NCBI GenBank assembly: GCA_031263585.1
Contig: JAISFN010000096.1
Location: 2,849-66,848 of the forward strand
DNA: 64,000 bases
Source: Prevotellaceae bacterium
GTDB lineage: Bacteria > Bacteroidota > Bacteroidia > Bacteroidales > UBA932
Direction: 5' to 3'
Part shown: piece after piece, positions 53,766 to 62,890 of the stretch
Layout: each line of letters opens with the position of its first letter
Position numbering within the stretch: position 1 is the first letter of the stretch
Translations under genes and position numbers: made by a program
The notes under the pieces: model-generated
The model's database searches: none
The model's input: only the letters and a program-made list of their open reading frames with translations
What the model was told of the DNA's origin: nothing

Positions 53766-54176
53766 CAATAGTCTAAAAATTTAAAATCATAAATTGTACA
53801 ACATTTTACACTTTACAATTAGCCATTAATATAATGCTATTTTTATGGAAAAAATTAAAGGTTAGATAATTGTATCTGAATAACTGATAGAAGTATTTAA
53901 AGATTAAGACGAAGCAAAAACATTTTTCGAAGAATTATCCGATGGCTACAAGTGGGGTTACTGCGATTGGGTTAGAGGAGTCAAGCAAAAAGCTACCCGG
54001 AAAGTAAGAACTGATAAAGCGCTCCTGATGTTGAGGGATAAACAGAAAACATAAAACGTAACATTGGAATTGATGTGTTATGTAGAGGTGTAAAAACATG
54101 TTTTGTATCTCTATTTTATATATCAAAATTACAGCTGTTGCCAGATAGTTTCCGAAAACAGAATTTGAATAGTCTC

Positions 54177-54758
54177 TTATAGCATTTGGATAACGAGCTC
54201 TTTTACATCGTCAAGCATTTGTTTTCGGGCAGTATCATCAACTAACCCTACCGAGCCAAAGTGCAGGTGTTCAATATCGGTCATCCCACAAAACCGAAAA
54301 ATACAAGTGTCTGTGGTTATCTTTAAAGCCTGTAGCATTCCTGTTTTTTCATATACATCGTACGGATTACCCATCGGGGTGAACAGCATTATTTTTTTAT
54401 CAGGCAATAAGCCTTTATTGCCCTCATCAGTATATGTATAGGCAAAGTTGTAAGCATATACACGGTCGATATAACCTTTCATTATGGCAGGCATGTGTCC
54501 CCACCATAAAGGATATATAAATGTTATAATATCAGCCCATATCACAAAATCCTGTTCGGTTTTAATATCGGCAGGTGTTTTGTTCTGGTTCAGCGCTTCC
54601 ATATCATTAGCCGATAATATCGGATTAAAATTAAGGGCGTTTAAATTGCGAACGTTAAGTTCTGCACCCTTTGTTGCCGAGGCATCTAGCACGGTATCTA
54701 ATATTGCCTGCGAAAAGCTTTCGGGGTTAATATGGGTGTAAATAATCAAATGTTTCAT
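54177..54758 (-). CDS. Flavodoxin-like-fold NAD(P)H:quinone oxidoreductase (Flavodoxin_2 family)
   Basis: 193 aa. MKHLIIYTHINPESFS..., ...DIITFIYPLWWGHMPAIMKGYIDRV.... Confidence 0.75.
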   Translation of the reverse strand: MKHLIIYTHINPESFSQAILDTVLDASATKGAELNVRNLNALNFNPILSANDMEALNQNKTPADIKTEQDFVIWADIITFIYPLWWGHMPAIMKGYIDRVYAYNFAYTYTDEGNKGLLPDKKIMLFTPMGNPYDVYEKTGMLQALKITTDTCIFRFCGMTDIEHLHFGSVGLVDDTARKQMLDDVKELVIQML

Positions 54759-54822
54759 TATATTTTGTATATATTTGTAGTCTTACACAAAAATATAAAT
54801 TAAAATTGATTAGATAAAGACC

Positions 54823-55470
54823 ATGAAAAAATTTGCTGTTATACTTGCGGGTTGTGGTGTTTTCGACGGTTCGGAAATACACGAAGCTACCTTAACGTTG
54901 TTGGCCATAAAAAAAGCAGGGCATGACTATCAGGTTTTTGCTCCGGATATTCCGCAATACCATGTAATTAACCATTTAAAAGGTAAGGTGACCGGCGAGC
55001 AACGTAACGTATTGCTTGAGTCGGCGCGTATAGCACGCAGACAGGCTAAGCCTTTAAGCCAATTTATTGCATCGGAGTATGATGCGATGGTATTTCCGGG
55101 AGGTTTCGGCGCTGCAAAAAACCTTTGCGATTATGCTTTTAAAGGAGCTGGATGTACAGTAAATGCCGAAGTTGAAAAAGCGGTAAAAGATATGCATGCT
55201 GCCGGTAAACCCATAGGAGCCATGTGTATAGCGCCGGTTATTTTAGCCCGTATTTTCAGAGGATCCGAAGTTACGGTGGGTGCAGCGGGAAACGATGCTG
55301 CCAATATCGAAAAAATGGATGCCCGCCATGTTGTGACCACCCATGGCGAAGTGGTGGTTGATAAAAGCCATAAACTTTATACAACACCTTGTTACATGCT
55401 CGACGCTACAATTGTCCAGATAGCCCAAGGAACGGAGAATTTAATCAATGCCATGTTAACATCAATGTAA
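54823..55470 (+). CDS. elbB: DJ-1/PfpI-superfamily glyoxalase ElbB
   Basis: MKKFAVILAGCGVFDGSEIHEA..., ...DAMVFPGGFGAAKNL..., ...IGAMCIAP.... Confidence 0.85.
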   Translation: MKKFAVILAGCGVFDGSEIHEATLTLLAIKKAGHDYQVFAPDIPQYHVINHLKGKVTGEQRNVLLESARIARRQAKPLSQFIASEYDAMVFPGGFGAAKNLCDYAFKGAGCTVNAEVEKAVKDMHAAGKPIGAMCIAPVILARIFRGSEVTVGAAGNDAANIEKMDARHVVTTHGEVVVDKSHKLYTTPCYMLDATIVQIAQGTENLINAMLTSM

Positions 55471-55486
55471 TCCGTCGTTTATAATT

Positions 55487-56158
55487 GTGCAAAAATCAAT
55501 AAAAGAGCAGGTACAATACCTTTCGGCATTTGTACTCGAACGGCGTTGGTTGCAACTGAATAAGATGTTAGATTTGCGTACGCGCTATATTACGGTTTGT
55601 CTCGAAAATATTTATCAATCGCAGAATGCAAGTGCGGCGCTACGTACCTGCGATGCTTTCGGGATACAAGATGTACATGTTATTGAGCAAAGTAACGTTT
55701 TTGTGATAAACCCCGATGTTGCCATGGGAACCGAAAAATGGCTGAATCTTTATAAATATAACGACTTAACGGCTATCGACAACCTGCGGAAAAACGGGTA
55801 CCGTATTGTGGCCACAACACCGCGCGAAAATAGTACTGCCCTTAACGATTTCGATTTAAGCAAAGGGAAAACCGCATTATTTTTCGGCACGGAACTTACC
55901 GGCTTATCGGACGGGATGATGGAACAGGCCGATGAATTTTTGTACATACCTATGTACGGATTTGTTGAGAGCTTCAATATATCGGTTTCGGCATCCATCA
56001 TACTGCATCATTTATCAACAAAGTTACGGTGCGGATATATGGCATGGCAGTTGACTGAAGAAGAAAGCGATACCATTTTATTACGATGGTTAAAATCGTC
56101 TGTTCGCAGTTCCGAGTTGTTGCTGGAACGTTTTTTTGAAGATAATAAAGGCTTTTAG
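55487..56158 (+). CDS. SpoU/TrmH-family RNA 2'-O-methyltransferase
   Basis: GTG start. ...NASAALRTCDAFGIQDVHVI..., ...ALFFGTELTGLS..., ...IPMYGFVESFNISVSASIIL... (SPOUT knot motifs). Confidence 0.8.
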   Translation: MQKSIKEQVQYLSAFVLERRWLQLNKMLDLRTRYITVCLENIYQSQNASAALRTCDAFGIQDVHVIEQSNVFVINPDVAMGTEKWLNLYKYNDLTAIDNLRKNGYRIVATTPRENSTALNDFDLSKGKTALFFGTELTGLSDGMMEQADEFLYIPMYGFVESFNISVSASIILHHLSTKLRCGYMAWQLTEEESDTILLRWLKSSVRSSELLLERFFEDNKGF

Positions 56159-56266
56159 CATGTATACCAAAAGCCTTTATTTATTTTTATTTCGATTGTA
56201 TCAGGTTATCCAATAATTAAAAATATATTTATATACAATAACTTACGTCTATATTCCCGATAAATT

Positions 56267-56884
56267 TTATTTACGGCGTTGTTTGTTATTGTTTTTCTGT
56301 TTATTACTCCCGCTTCCACTGTTATTGGTATTGGCATTCAGGTTATAAGCTTGGGCAAGTTTCATATTGGGATCGACTTTTATCCGTCCGTTCGACAGGT
56401 ATTCAATATCCCTGAATATTATCTCGTTACTTACCGATTCTTTATTCCATGTGATGTAAGCTTTTTTCATGTGGTTGGCCATAATTTGCACTAACTGGTC
56501 TTTTAATTCGCCGTCGGGCTTGTTGGCAATCGCTTCAATCATTTCCTGTATATTCCGTCCGTAGTGCTTAATTTTAAGCGGACTACTAGAGTAGGGTATC
56601 GGACGCGGTTTTTCCTGGAATGTGTCGGGAGTAGGCGTGGGATAGGGAGGGTCGATATCTATTTTAAAGTTAGACATCAATTGAATATGGTCCCATAGTT
56701 TGTGCTTAAAATCATTTACATCGCGCAAATGCGGGTTAAGATTCCCCATAATAGCCACTACCGCACGTATTTGCCGGTTGCGTTCGGCACGGTCTTCAAT
56801 AGTACATACCCAGTCAACCATTTTGTGGATAGACCGGCCGTATTCAGGCAAGGCCAGTTTTTTACGTTGTGTATTATAATCCAT
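56267..56884 (-). CDS. DUF4290-domain protein
   Basis: 205 aa. MDYNTQRKKLALPEYGRSIHKMVDW...RNRQIRAVVAIMGNLNPHLRD... matches my recollection of this conserved Bacteroidota family. Asn/Lys-rich tail. Confidence 0.65.
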   Translation of the reverse strand: MDYNTQRKKLALPEYGRSIHKMVDWVCTIEDRAERNRQIRAVVAIMGNLNPHLRDVNDFKHKLWDHIQLMSNFKIDIDPPYPTPTPDTFQEKPRPIPYSSSPLKIKHYGRNIQEMIEAIANKPDGELKDQLVQIMANHMKKAYITWNKESVSNEIIFRDIEYLSNGRIKVDPNMKLAQAYNLNANTNNSGSGSNKQKNNNKQRRK

Positions 56885-57200
56885 CTGAAAATTTATAGTT
56901 ATTTATTTAATTTTTGTATATCTATATAACACAAGTTATAAAGAAAAGTTTTTTGTTGATTTAAGTAGTTGAAAGAATTTACTATCGTATTTTAAAAATC
57001 ATAAAACATGCAATATCGCTGTATTATAAAAGTATAAAATTTTCAATTTAAAACCTTGAATACTTAAAGTCGATTTACTGTACAAAGGTATAAAAAATGT
57101 ATTAACTTATTAACGTTAGGGGAGACTCATGAAAAAACAATTGAATATCAAATTATTTATATACAGTAATATAAATCTGATTGTTGATATGAAAAATAAA

Positions 57201-57301
57201 AAATATTGGATTATTTGCGATGAGCTCACACAGCTCGGTTGCTTCGGGCTTTGCGAACTCGCCATAGGTAATTTAGTGTAAAATATAATTTCATGCGTTT
57301 G
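57201..57301 (-). repeat. Terminator module family D, copy 2 (decayed), downstream of the minus-strand gene 57365-58261
   Basis: The reverse complement starts with the identical 27-mer CAAACGCATGAAATTATATTTTACACT (57275-57301). It continues with a diverged version of the GGATTACC...GAGCTC...GGTAATCC hairpin. Confidence 0.7.
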
Positions 57302-57364
57302 CCTTGGTTATGGATTGTTTTTACAAGAAAAAATTTTTTGGTTTACTTTGTTGAAATAACCGTA

Positions 57365-58261
57365 TTATTCTTTTTGTCGCATTTCTACATTTGGTATTTT
57401 AATCCATTTACCCAGTTTAAACATAAGCCCTTCGTAGGAAGTATCGGGAACGTAATAACGACGGTCGTTCGTTTTTTCCTCAACAATAGGGTATAAGTAA
57501 TTGAAAACGATTTTATCCATATCCTCAAAATAAGCGACTTTCATTACTGATAGTGCCGAATATTCGAAAATTATACGATTTTGCGCTTTTTTCTCCATTA
57601 AAAAAATGGGCGCACCGAAAACCGGATTTCCTCTTTTATCGAATGTAAGTACGTCAATGCATTTTTTGTACGAAATTCCATTGTTAAAATCATGTCCTAT
57701 AAGTGTATAATATGTGTTTTTCCCATCATTCTTTTCTACCATCTGATAATAGGCGCAACCGTACCAGCTTGGATATTTCAAGATGTCGTGTTCGGGCAGC
57801 AACACTTTATCTTTGCTATCTTCAAGCAAAAACACGTCTGAAGTGCTGGTCAATTTAGTTGTGCGCCGCTGGATAACACCGAAATAATTGAATACGCCTT
57901 GTTGCCGAGCCGGTATGCTCCACGAAAACACCCTGACTAAGCCGTCGGCCGAAACTAATGTACTTACATGCGGTATTGTATCGAACAAAAGATCGAACGA
58001 ATTATCTTTCTTTAATTCTTTAATAAGCATATCCCGGAATATGTCCGACAGCTTTTCTTTTTCGGCAACATTTGGGGATGCTTCTGCCATGTGCATGAGT
58101 GTGGCCATCGAATCGGCTAAAATTTCATATGCCGATTTCGGTTTTTCCACAACAACGAAATCATTAAGTTGCTTGTCAGCTTCGCTTTGTGCTACTGCAT
58201 AGCCTGTAAAAAACAGACTGTTTGTTAATCCGTATAATAAAATTTTAAAACATTTATACAT
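57365..58261 (-). CDS. Secreted hypothetical protein
   Basis: 298 aa with a signal peptide ending ...GYAVAQ. It overlaps the upstream aminotransferase stop by 8 bp. Confidence 0.6.
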   Translation of the reverse strand: MYKCFKILLYGLTNSLFFTGYAVAQSEADKQLNDFVVVEKPKSAYEILADSMATLMHMAEASPNVAEKEKLSDIFRDMLIKELKKDNSFDLLFDTIPHVSTLVSADGLVRVFSWSIPARQQGVFNYFGVIQRRTTKLTSTSDVFLLEDSKDKVLLPEHDILKYPSWYGCAYYQMVEKNDGKNTYYTLIGHDFNNGISYKKCIDVLTFDKRGNPVFGAPIFLMEKKAQNRIIFEYSALSVMKVAYFEDMDKIVFNYLYPIVEEKTNDRRYYVPDTSYEGLMFKLGKWIKIPNVEMRQKE

Positions 58262-59453
58262 TGTTGATTACTTTAATTAACGTAGAGCAGACCTCCTCTA
58301 TCTCGCTTTCGGTAATAATTAATGGAGGCGCTATTCTGAAGGCGCTACTGCAAAAAATGAACCAATCGGTAGCAATACCTGCTTCAAAAGCCGCTTTTAT
58401 AAATCGTTGCAAACGTTCCGGCGAGCCTAACTCAATGGCCATCAATAAACCGTCGCCACGGATGTCATCAATTTTTGCCGGAGCTAATAATTTACGGAAT
58501 AAAGCTGCTTTTGTATCGACAGTCTCAATCAATTTTTCGTCCAATATTACTTCTAACGATGCCAAAGCCGCCGCACACGATACCGGATGTCCGCCGAACG
58601 TAGTGATATGTCCCAATACTGGATTGTACGTTAACTTACTCATAATCTCCTGCGACGATACAAAAGCGCCTATGGGCATTCCCCCGCCCATTGCTTTGGC
58701 TATGGTAAAAATATCGGGAATGACGTTATATTTCTGAAAGGCAAATAAATAACCCAAGCGTCCGAAACCTGTCTGCACCTCGTCGAATATCAGTAATGCA
58801 CCTACTTCGGTACATCGTTTGCGCAATTGTTGTAAATAGTTGTTATGCGGAGCAATAGCCCCTGCTTCGCCCTGCTGCGGCTCCACAATAACGCAGGCAG
58901 TACGGTTGCTTATCAACGACAAATCGTCGAACGAATTGAAATTAATGTGCCTGACATCCGGTAATAACGGACGGAATGAGTTGCGGTAATATTCGTTGCC
59001 GAATATGCTCAGCACGCCGTGAGTTCCTCCGTGGTAGCAGTGTTTACAGGCAATGATTTCGGTTCGTCCGGTATACCGTTTGGCCAGCTTTAAGGCTCCT
59101 TCGTTGGCTTCGCTTCCCGAGTTTATAAAATAAACCGATGAAAGCGAGCAGGGTAGTAAGGCTGTAAGTTTTTGAGCGTACAATACCTGTGGCGATTGTA
59201 CGTATTCTCCGTAAACCATTAGGTGCATATGCTTTTCAGCCTGTTCTTTAACAGCGGCAACAACTTTAGGGTGGCAATGCCCTACATTGCTTACTGATAC
59301 GCCTGCAATTAGATCAACATAGCGTTTCCCTGTGGGCGAATACATGTAAATACCCTGTGCCCGCTCAATCTCAATCAGCATGGGTGAACTAGACGTTTGC
59401 CCCAGATGGTTTAAAAACAGTTGCCGTAAATTTTGCATAGTATTGTCTTTCAA
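58254..59453 (-). CDS. Class-III (acetylornithine/ornithine-type) PLP-dependent aminotransferase
   Basis: 399 aa. ...NSGSEANEGALKLA..., ...DEVQTGFGR.G..., and the PLP-lysine region FTIAKAMGGGMPIGA. Confidence 0.85.
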   Translation of the reverse strand: MKDNTMQNLRQLFLNHLGQTSSSPMLIEIERAQGIYMYSPTGKRYVDLIAGVSVSNVGHCHPKVVAAVKEQAEKHMHLMVYGEYVQSPQVLYAQKLTALLPCSLSSVYFINSGSEANEGALKLAKRYTGRTEIIACKHCYHGGTHGVLSIFGNEYYRNSFRPLLPDVRHINFNSFDDLSLISNRTACVIVEPQQGEAGAIAPHNNYLQQLRKRCTEVGALLIFDEVQTGFGRLGYLFAFQKYNVIPDIFTIAKAMGGGMPIGAFVSSQEIMSKLTYNPVLGHITTFGGHPVSCAAALASLEVILDEKLIETVDTKAALFRKLLAPAKIDDIRGDGLLMAIELGSPERLQRFIKAAFEAGIATDWFIFCSSAFRIAPPLIITESEIEEVCSTLIKVINNV

Positions 59454-60626
59454 TCACAAATTATTCTGCTGGTGTAAGCTAAAGATATTTCTTATTTTTG
59501 GTATAATATCAAAAGGGTGGTCGCGATACACAATTTTACCTTCAGGCGAAATTAATATACAAGTAGGTACTCCATCAACCGCATAGCGTTTTTGTATTGA
59601 TTGTCCTTGGGGCGAGTGCGCATCATTTAATTGTGTCCAAACCAAGTTATCATTCTCAATCGCCTTTATCCAGTTTTCATCTTTAGTCTCGCGGCAGGCT
59701 ATGCCTACAAACTCAATATTTGCATCGGCTTGCTTCAATTTGTTGTACAACTCTACCAACTTAGGGCTCGACATGCGGCATGGCCCGCACCACGATCCCC
59801 AAAAATCGAGCATTACATACTTGCCCTCGAAATCCGACAGGCTTAAATCGTGCCCGTCCAATGTTCTCAGTGTAAAACTGGGAGCCACCGCGCCAACCTC
59901 CGAAGCTCTTGTATTATCTATAAAAGTTTTAATAGCAACTCCTACTGGTGTAGCTTGCACCCTTGGGGTAAACGAGTAAAACGCTTCTTCGTATTTATCA
60001 AAGTCTTCCATTAAATCATATTCATAACGGAGGAACACTGCAGAGTAAGCTACATCAGGGTTATTTCTCATAAACGAAGATTCAATATCTTGCATACCCA
60101 TAAACATCTCGTTCGATTGTTGAATCAACTCCATCCCTTGTGTCCGTGCAATACTGTCGTTATTTTTATTGGCTTCGTCAATCAGTTTTATACCGCTTTG
60201 TTGTATTGTTTTAGCACTATCGGTAATAGTCATATATTCCTGTAATGCAGGGTGGTTATATATACCGCCATCCATTTTAATATAATGCCAGTTATCAACA
60301 TGGCCTCTTATGTTTATAGTAGCGTATCCCTCTAAAAAACAAAACGGATAATTGCCTGTTGCGTTAAACTGCTCTCCGGACTTTAAATATACCAGTTGCG
60401 TGTTATAATCGCTCAGTTTAGTTTTAAGAGTAAACTCACCTGCTTTCTCAACAATTACCGAGTCTACTGCAAGCCACTGTGCACCGTCAGGATCTTCAAC
60501 CGATAAAATTATCTTGTCGCCTACTGCCAACCCTTCTATTTTACCATTAATAATATTCTGCTTTTCTTCGCTACAAGCAAAAAACAGTATGGCCATCAAT
60601 ATAACCGATAATAGTTTATTCTTCAT
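59454..60626 (-). CDS. DUF4369-like N-terminal domain plus TlpA-family thiol:disulfide oxidoreductase
   Basis: 390 aa. Lipoprotein-like signal (FFAC), C-terminal ...VMLDFWGSWCGPCRMSSPKL... and ...GVPTCILISPEG.... Confidence 0.8.
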   Translation of the reverse strand: MKNKLLSVILMAILFFACSEEKQNIINGKIEGLAVGDKIILSVEDPDGAQWLAVDSVIVEKAGEFTLKTKLSDYNTQLVYLKSGEQFNATGNYPFCFLEGYATINIRGHVDNWHYIKMDGGIYNHPALQEYMTITDSAKTIQQSGIKLIDEANKNNDSIARTQGMELIQQSNEMFMGMQDIESSFMRNNPDVAYSAVFLRYEYDLMEDFDKYEEAFYSFTPRVQATPVGVAIKTFIDNTRASEVGAVAPSFTLRTLDGHDLSLSDFEGKYVMLDFWGSWCGPCRMSSPKLVELYNKLKQADANIEFVGIACRETKDENWIKAIENDNLVWTQLNDAHSPQGQSIQKRYAVDGVPTCILISPEGKIVYRDHPFDIIPKIRNIFSLHQQNNL

Positions 60627-60697
60627 AACATTTTAATTTATAGTTGTTTAAATATTATTCATTCGATAAACAGCACTTGCACAATGCAGTTTAATGC

Positions 60698-61534
60698 TTA
60701 ATATTCTGTTACCAGTAGATTTTTAGCTGCTTTTACACTGCATTTTTGATATTTTGAATAGGCTAAAGCAGCTTTCTCTCTGATACCTTCATTAGTTTCA
60801 CCACTTATATAACCCGCAATGGCATCGTGTATGGTATAGGCTTCGGGTGCCATTAAACCGGTTGTCCACACAAGCGGGTTTGCCCCCGCCGATTTTAAAT
60901 AAGGCAAAAAATAGCTTTTACTATAGCAGGCAAGAATAACCGCATCTCTTTTCTCTCCATCAACATTCAGGTATTCTTCTGTTAGTTGAAAGTCCATAAG
61001 CCCGTTATGCCCGATATAAGCCACCAGCCTCGAATTTCCGGCCATCCCCAGTATCGTGTTGCCAATGTGCAAAGTATCCTTTAACTGCCCTGCGGTACTT
61101 TTTAAAAAATCTTGTGTGTATTGCTTTATGTATCTGCCGTTATAAACGTCGGCAACTATGTAATAGTTTTTTGTTACGTGCTTAAAAATGAGCCTTTCGA
61201 GCCTTATAGAATCTGGCTTTTGTGTTTTAAGCAATTTCCAATCGTTACTGTTTTTAAAGTACGTACGTATCCCGAAAGCGCGTCCCCAGTACAGGTTATT
61301 TGCGGGGTCGCGCCCGTTACCGATTTTTGAAGGCACAGGCGCTATCCCCTGATATTTGTTGTCGCATAATGCTACAAAAATATGTATAGTATTAGTTGTT
61401 GTATCAAACTCAATGATATTACTTTCTGCACAATCGCTTATTGCTGGCGGTATGCCTTGTTTGCCGCTTGTTTGCGAGTTGCAAGCAATAAAAGCAAAAC
61501 AAAATAACAGTGTAATTATACAATATTTTTTCAT
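60698..61534 (-). CDS. Lipoprotein of unknown function with a clan-CD-peptidase-like His/Cys strand pattern
   Basis: 278 aa. The lipobox is FAFIAC. ...RLVAYIGHNGLMDF... and ...DAVILACYSKSYF... each follow a hydrophobic strand. Confidence 0.55.
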   Translation of the reverse strand: MKKYCIITLLFCFAFIACNSQTSGKQGIPPAISDCAESNIIEFDTTTNTIHIFVALCDNKYQGIAPVPSKIGNGRDPANNLYWGRAFGIRTYFKNSNDWKLLKTQKPDSIRLERLIFKHVTKNYYIVADVYNGRYIKQYTQDFLKSTAGQLKDTLHIGNTILGMAGNSRLVAYIGHNGLMDFQLTEEYLNVDGEKRDAVILACYSKSYFLPYLKSAGANPLVWTTGLMAPEAYTIHDAIAGYISGETNEGIREKAALAYSKYQKCSVKAAKNLLVTEY

Positions 61535-61653
61535 AATCCTGATATATCATTGCAAGATGGCTAAAAATAGTTTGCAACAGCTATTATTGTTTTATCAACG
61601 CATAATTTCTCCCCCAAAATCAGTTTTACAGAATTCTGAATTAATTTCCATGT

Positions 61654-62811
61654 TTACTTTCGCAATGTTGCATTCCTCTGAACTTCACTAGCTTTATAAT
61701 GTGCGCCATTAGTGGGCAATTTTGTTTTCTCTAAATAATTCATAAACTCATCGTTCAGTCTGTATTCTTTGGCAATGGACTTATTGTATAGTTTCATAAA
61801 TTCGACAGGTGAATCAAATGTGCTGATTAATTCTTTTTCGAAACCGGCATTTTTAATCAATGTCGTCATATAGTAGGTATTGGGATGCCCACCGAATTGG
61901 ATAAAGCCGGATACTTTCGAGTTGAACTCTTTTTCACTTATCTCGTTATGGATAAAAGATAACGTCAGTTTTTCCAATTCCTTGATTGTTTGTGGGGTCG
62001 ATTGGTAAATATCATCATACGAATCGACATAGCTTTGGGGCAAACCATACCTGATAAATGCCGAAGAAAGGTCGGATGCTGATTTTTTATCAATTAAATC
62101 GACTATGCCCTCGTTTTGCCAAAGGTAAATTAGCTTAATAAAGCCCGGCGCCTTGCTTTCGTCAACAAAATGCTTGCGATAAGCATGAAACATTTCGTGA
62201 GCAAGCATGTCTATCCTTTCCTCTTCGGTTTGTTTATAAAAAAACTTACAATCCCAAGCTATTATGACAGAGATGATTAACGCGTCAGGCTCCATGCAAA
62301 GAATACTTACAGGGATAGGGGATATAAGCGAATCGACAGGGTTTACAAGAAAATTTTTCAGCCGATTACCGGCATCAGCTAACCATTGTTTGTAATTTAT
62401 TGTTTGAAACTGTTCAGTTATAGCTGAACGATTTTCTTTAATATCCATAAAATTTTGTAATATTACCCGTATAAGAAGGCTTTCCCAATCGGATACGATA
62501 TCGGTCACAGGAATATTCATAATGCTGTCTCTTTGGCCGACTTTTGCCTGATTGAGTGTCAAATCCATAGCTTTGCGAGTAAACAAGTCTCTTTCATCAA
62601 AAGTTTCGGCTATGCATATTTTATACCCTTGTGTTTCAAACCAATCATTCCATTCTTCCTCGATAGGCTCTATACCTGATGCTAATTTATCAGCTATTCG
62701 GAAAAATCCGTTAATCGATGAATGTTCAACAGACACTTCCGATTGGGCATATAAGCAATTGAAAGAAAATAAAATGCTTACGATTATAAAAATAAAGACA
62801 GATTTTTTCAT
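61654..62811 (-). CDS. Secreted putative zinc metalloprotease (HExxH)
   Basis: 385 aa. Signal peptide, and the only HExxH motif lies in ...IDMLAHEMFHAYRKHF.... It is possibly DUF2268-like. Confidence 0.5.
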   Translation of the reverse strand: MKKSVFIFIIVSILFSFNCLYAQSEVSVEHSSINGFFRIADKLASGIEPIEEEWNDWFETQGYKICIAETFDERDLFTRKAMDLTLNQAKVGQRDSIMNIPVTDIVSDWESLLIRVILQNFMDIKENRSAITEQFQTINYKQWLADAGNRLKNFLVNPVDSLISPIPVSILCMEPDALIISVIIAWDCKFFYKQTEEERIDMLAHEMFHAYRKHFVDESKAPGFIKLIYLWQNEGIVDLIDKKSASDLSSAFIRYGLPQSYVDSYDDIYQSTPQTIKELEKLTLSFIHNEISEKEFNSKVSGFIQFGGHPNTYYMTTLIKNAGFEKELISTFDSPVEFMKLYNKSIAKEYRLNDEFMNYLEKTKLPTNGAHYKASEVQRNATLRK

Positions 62812-62890
62812 ATTCCTTCTAAAGAATTTTACAAAATTACATATAAATCGTAAATTTTATCTAAGTTTGTATTTCAAGCTGATAATATTT

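Noticed and set aside
53935-54126. ORF 53935-54126 (minus) and the plus-strand ATG-less frame DEAKTFFEELSDGYKWGYCDWVRGVKQKATRKV... in the 527-bp gap after the efflux operon
   Set aside because: Neither has a credible start or a recognisable family. They may be remnants of yet another eroded gene, but the evidence is too thin to call.
57129-57281. 50-aa ORF MKKQLNIKLFIYSNINLIVDMKNKKYWIICDELTQLGCFGLCELAIGNLV
   Set aside because: Its C-terminal half is encoded by the family D repeat hairpin, so the ORF is most likely a by-product of the repeat.
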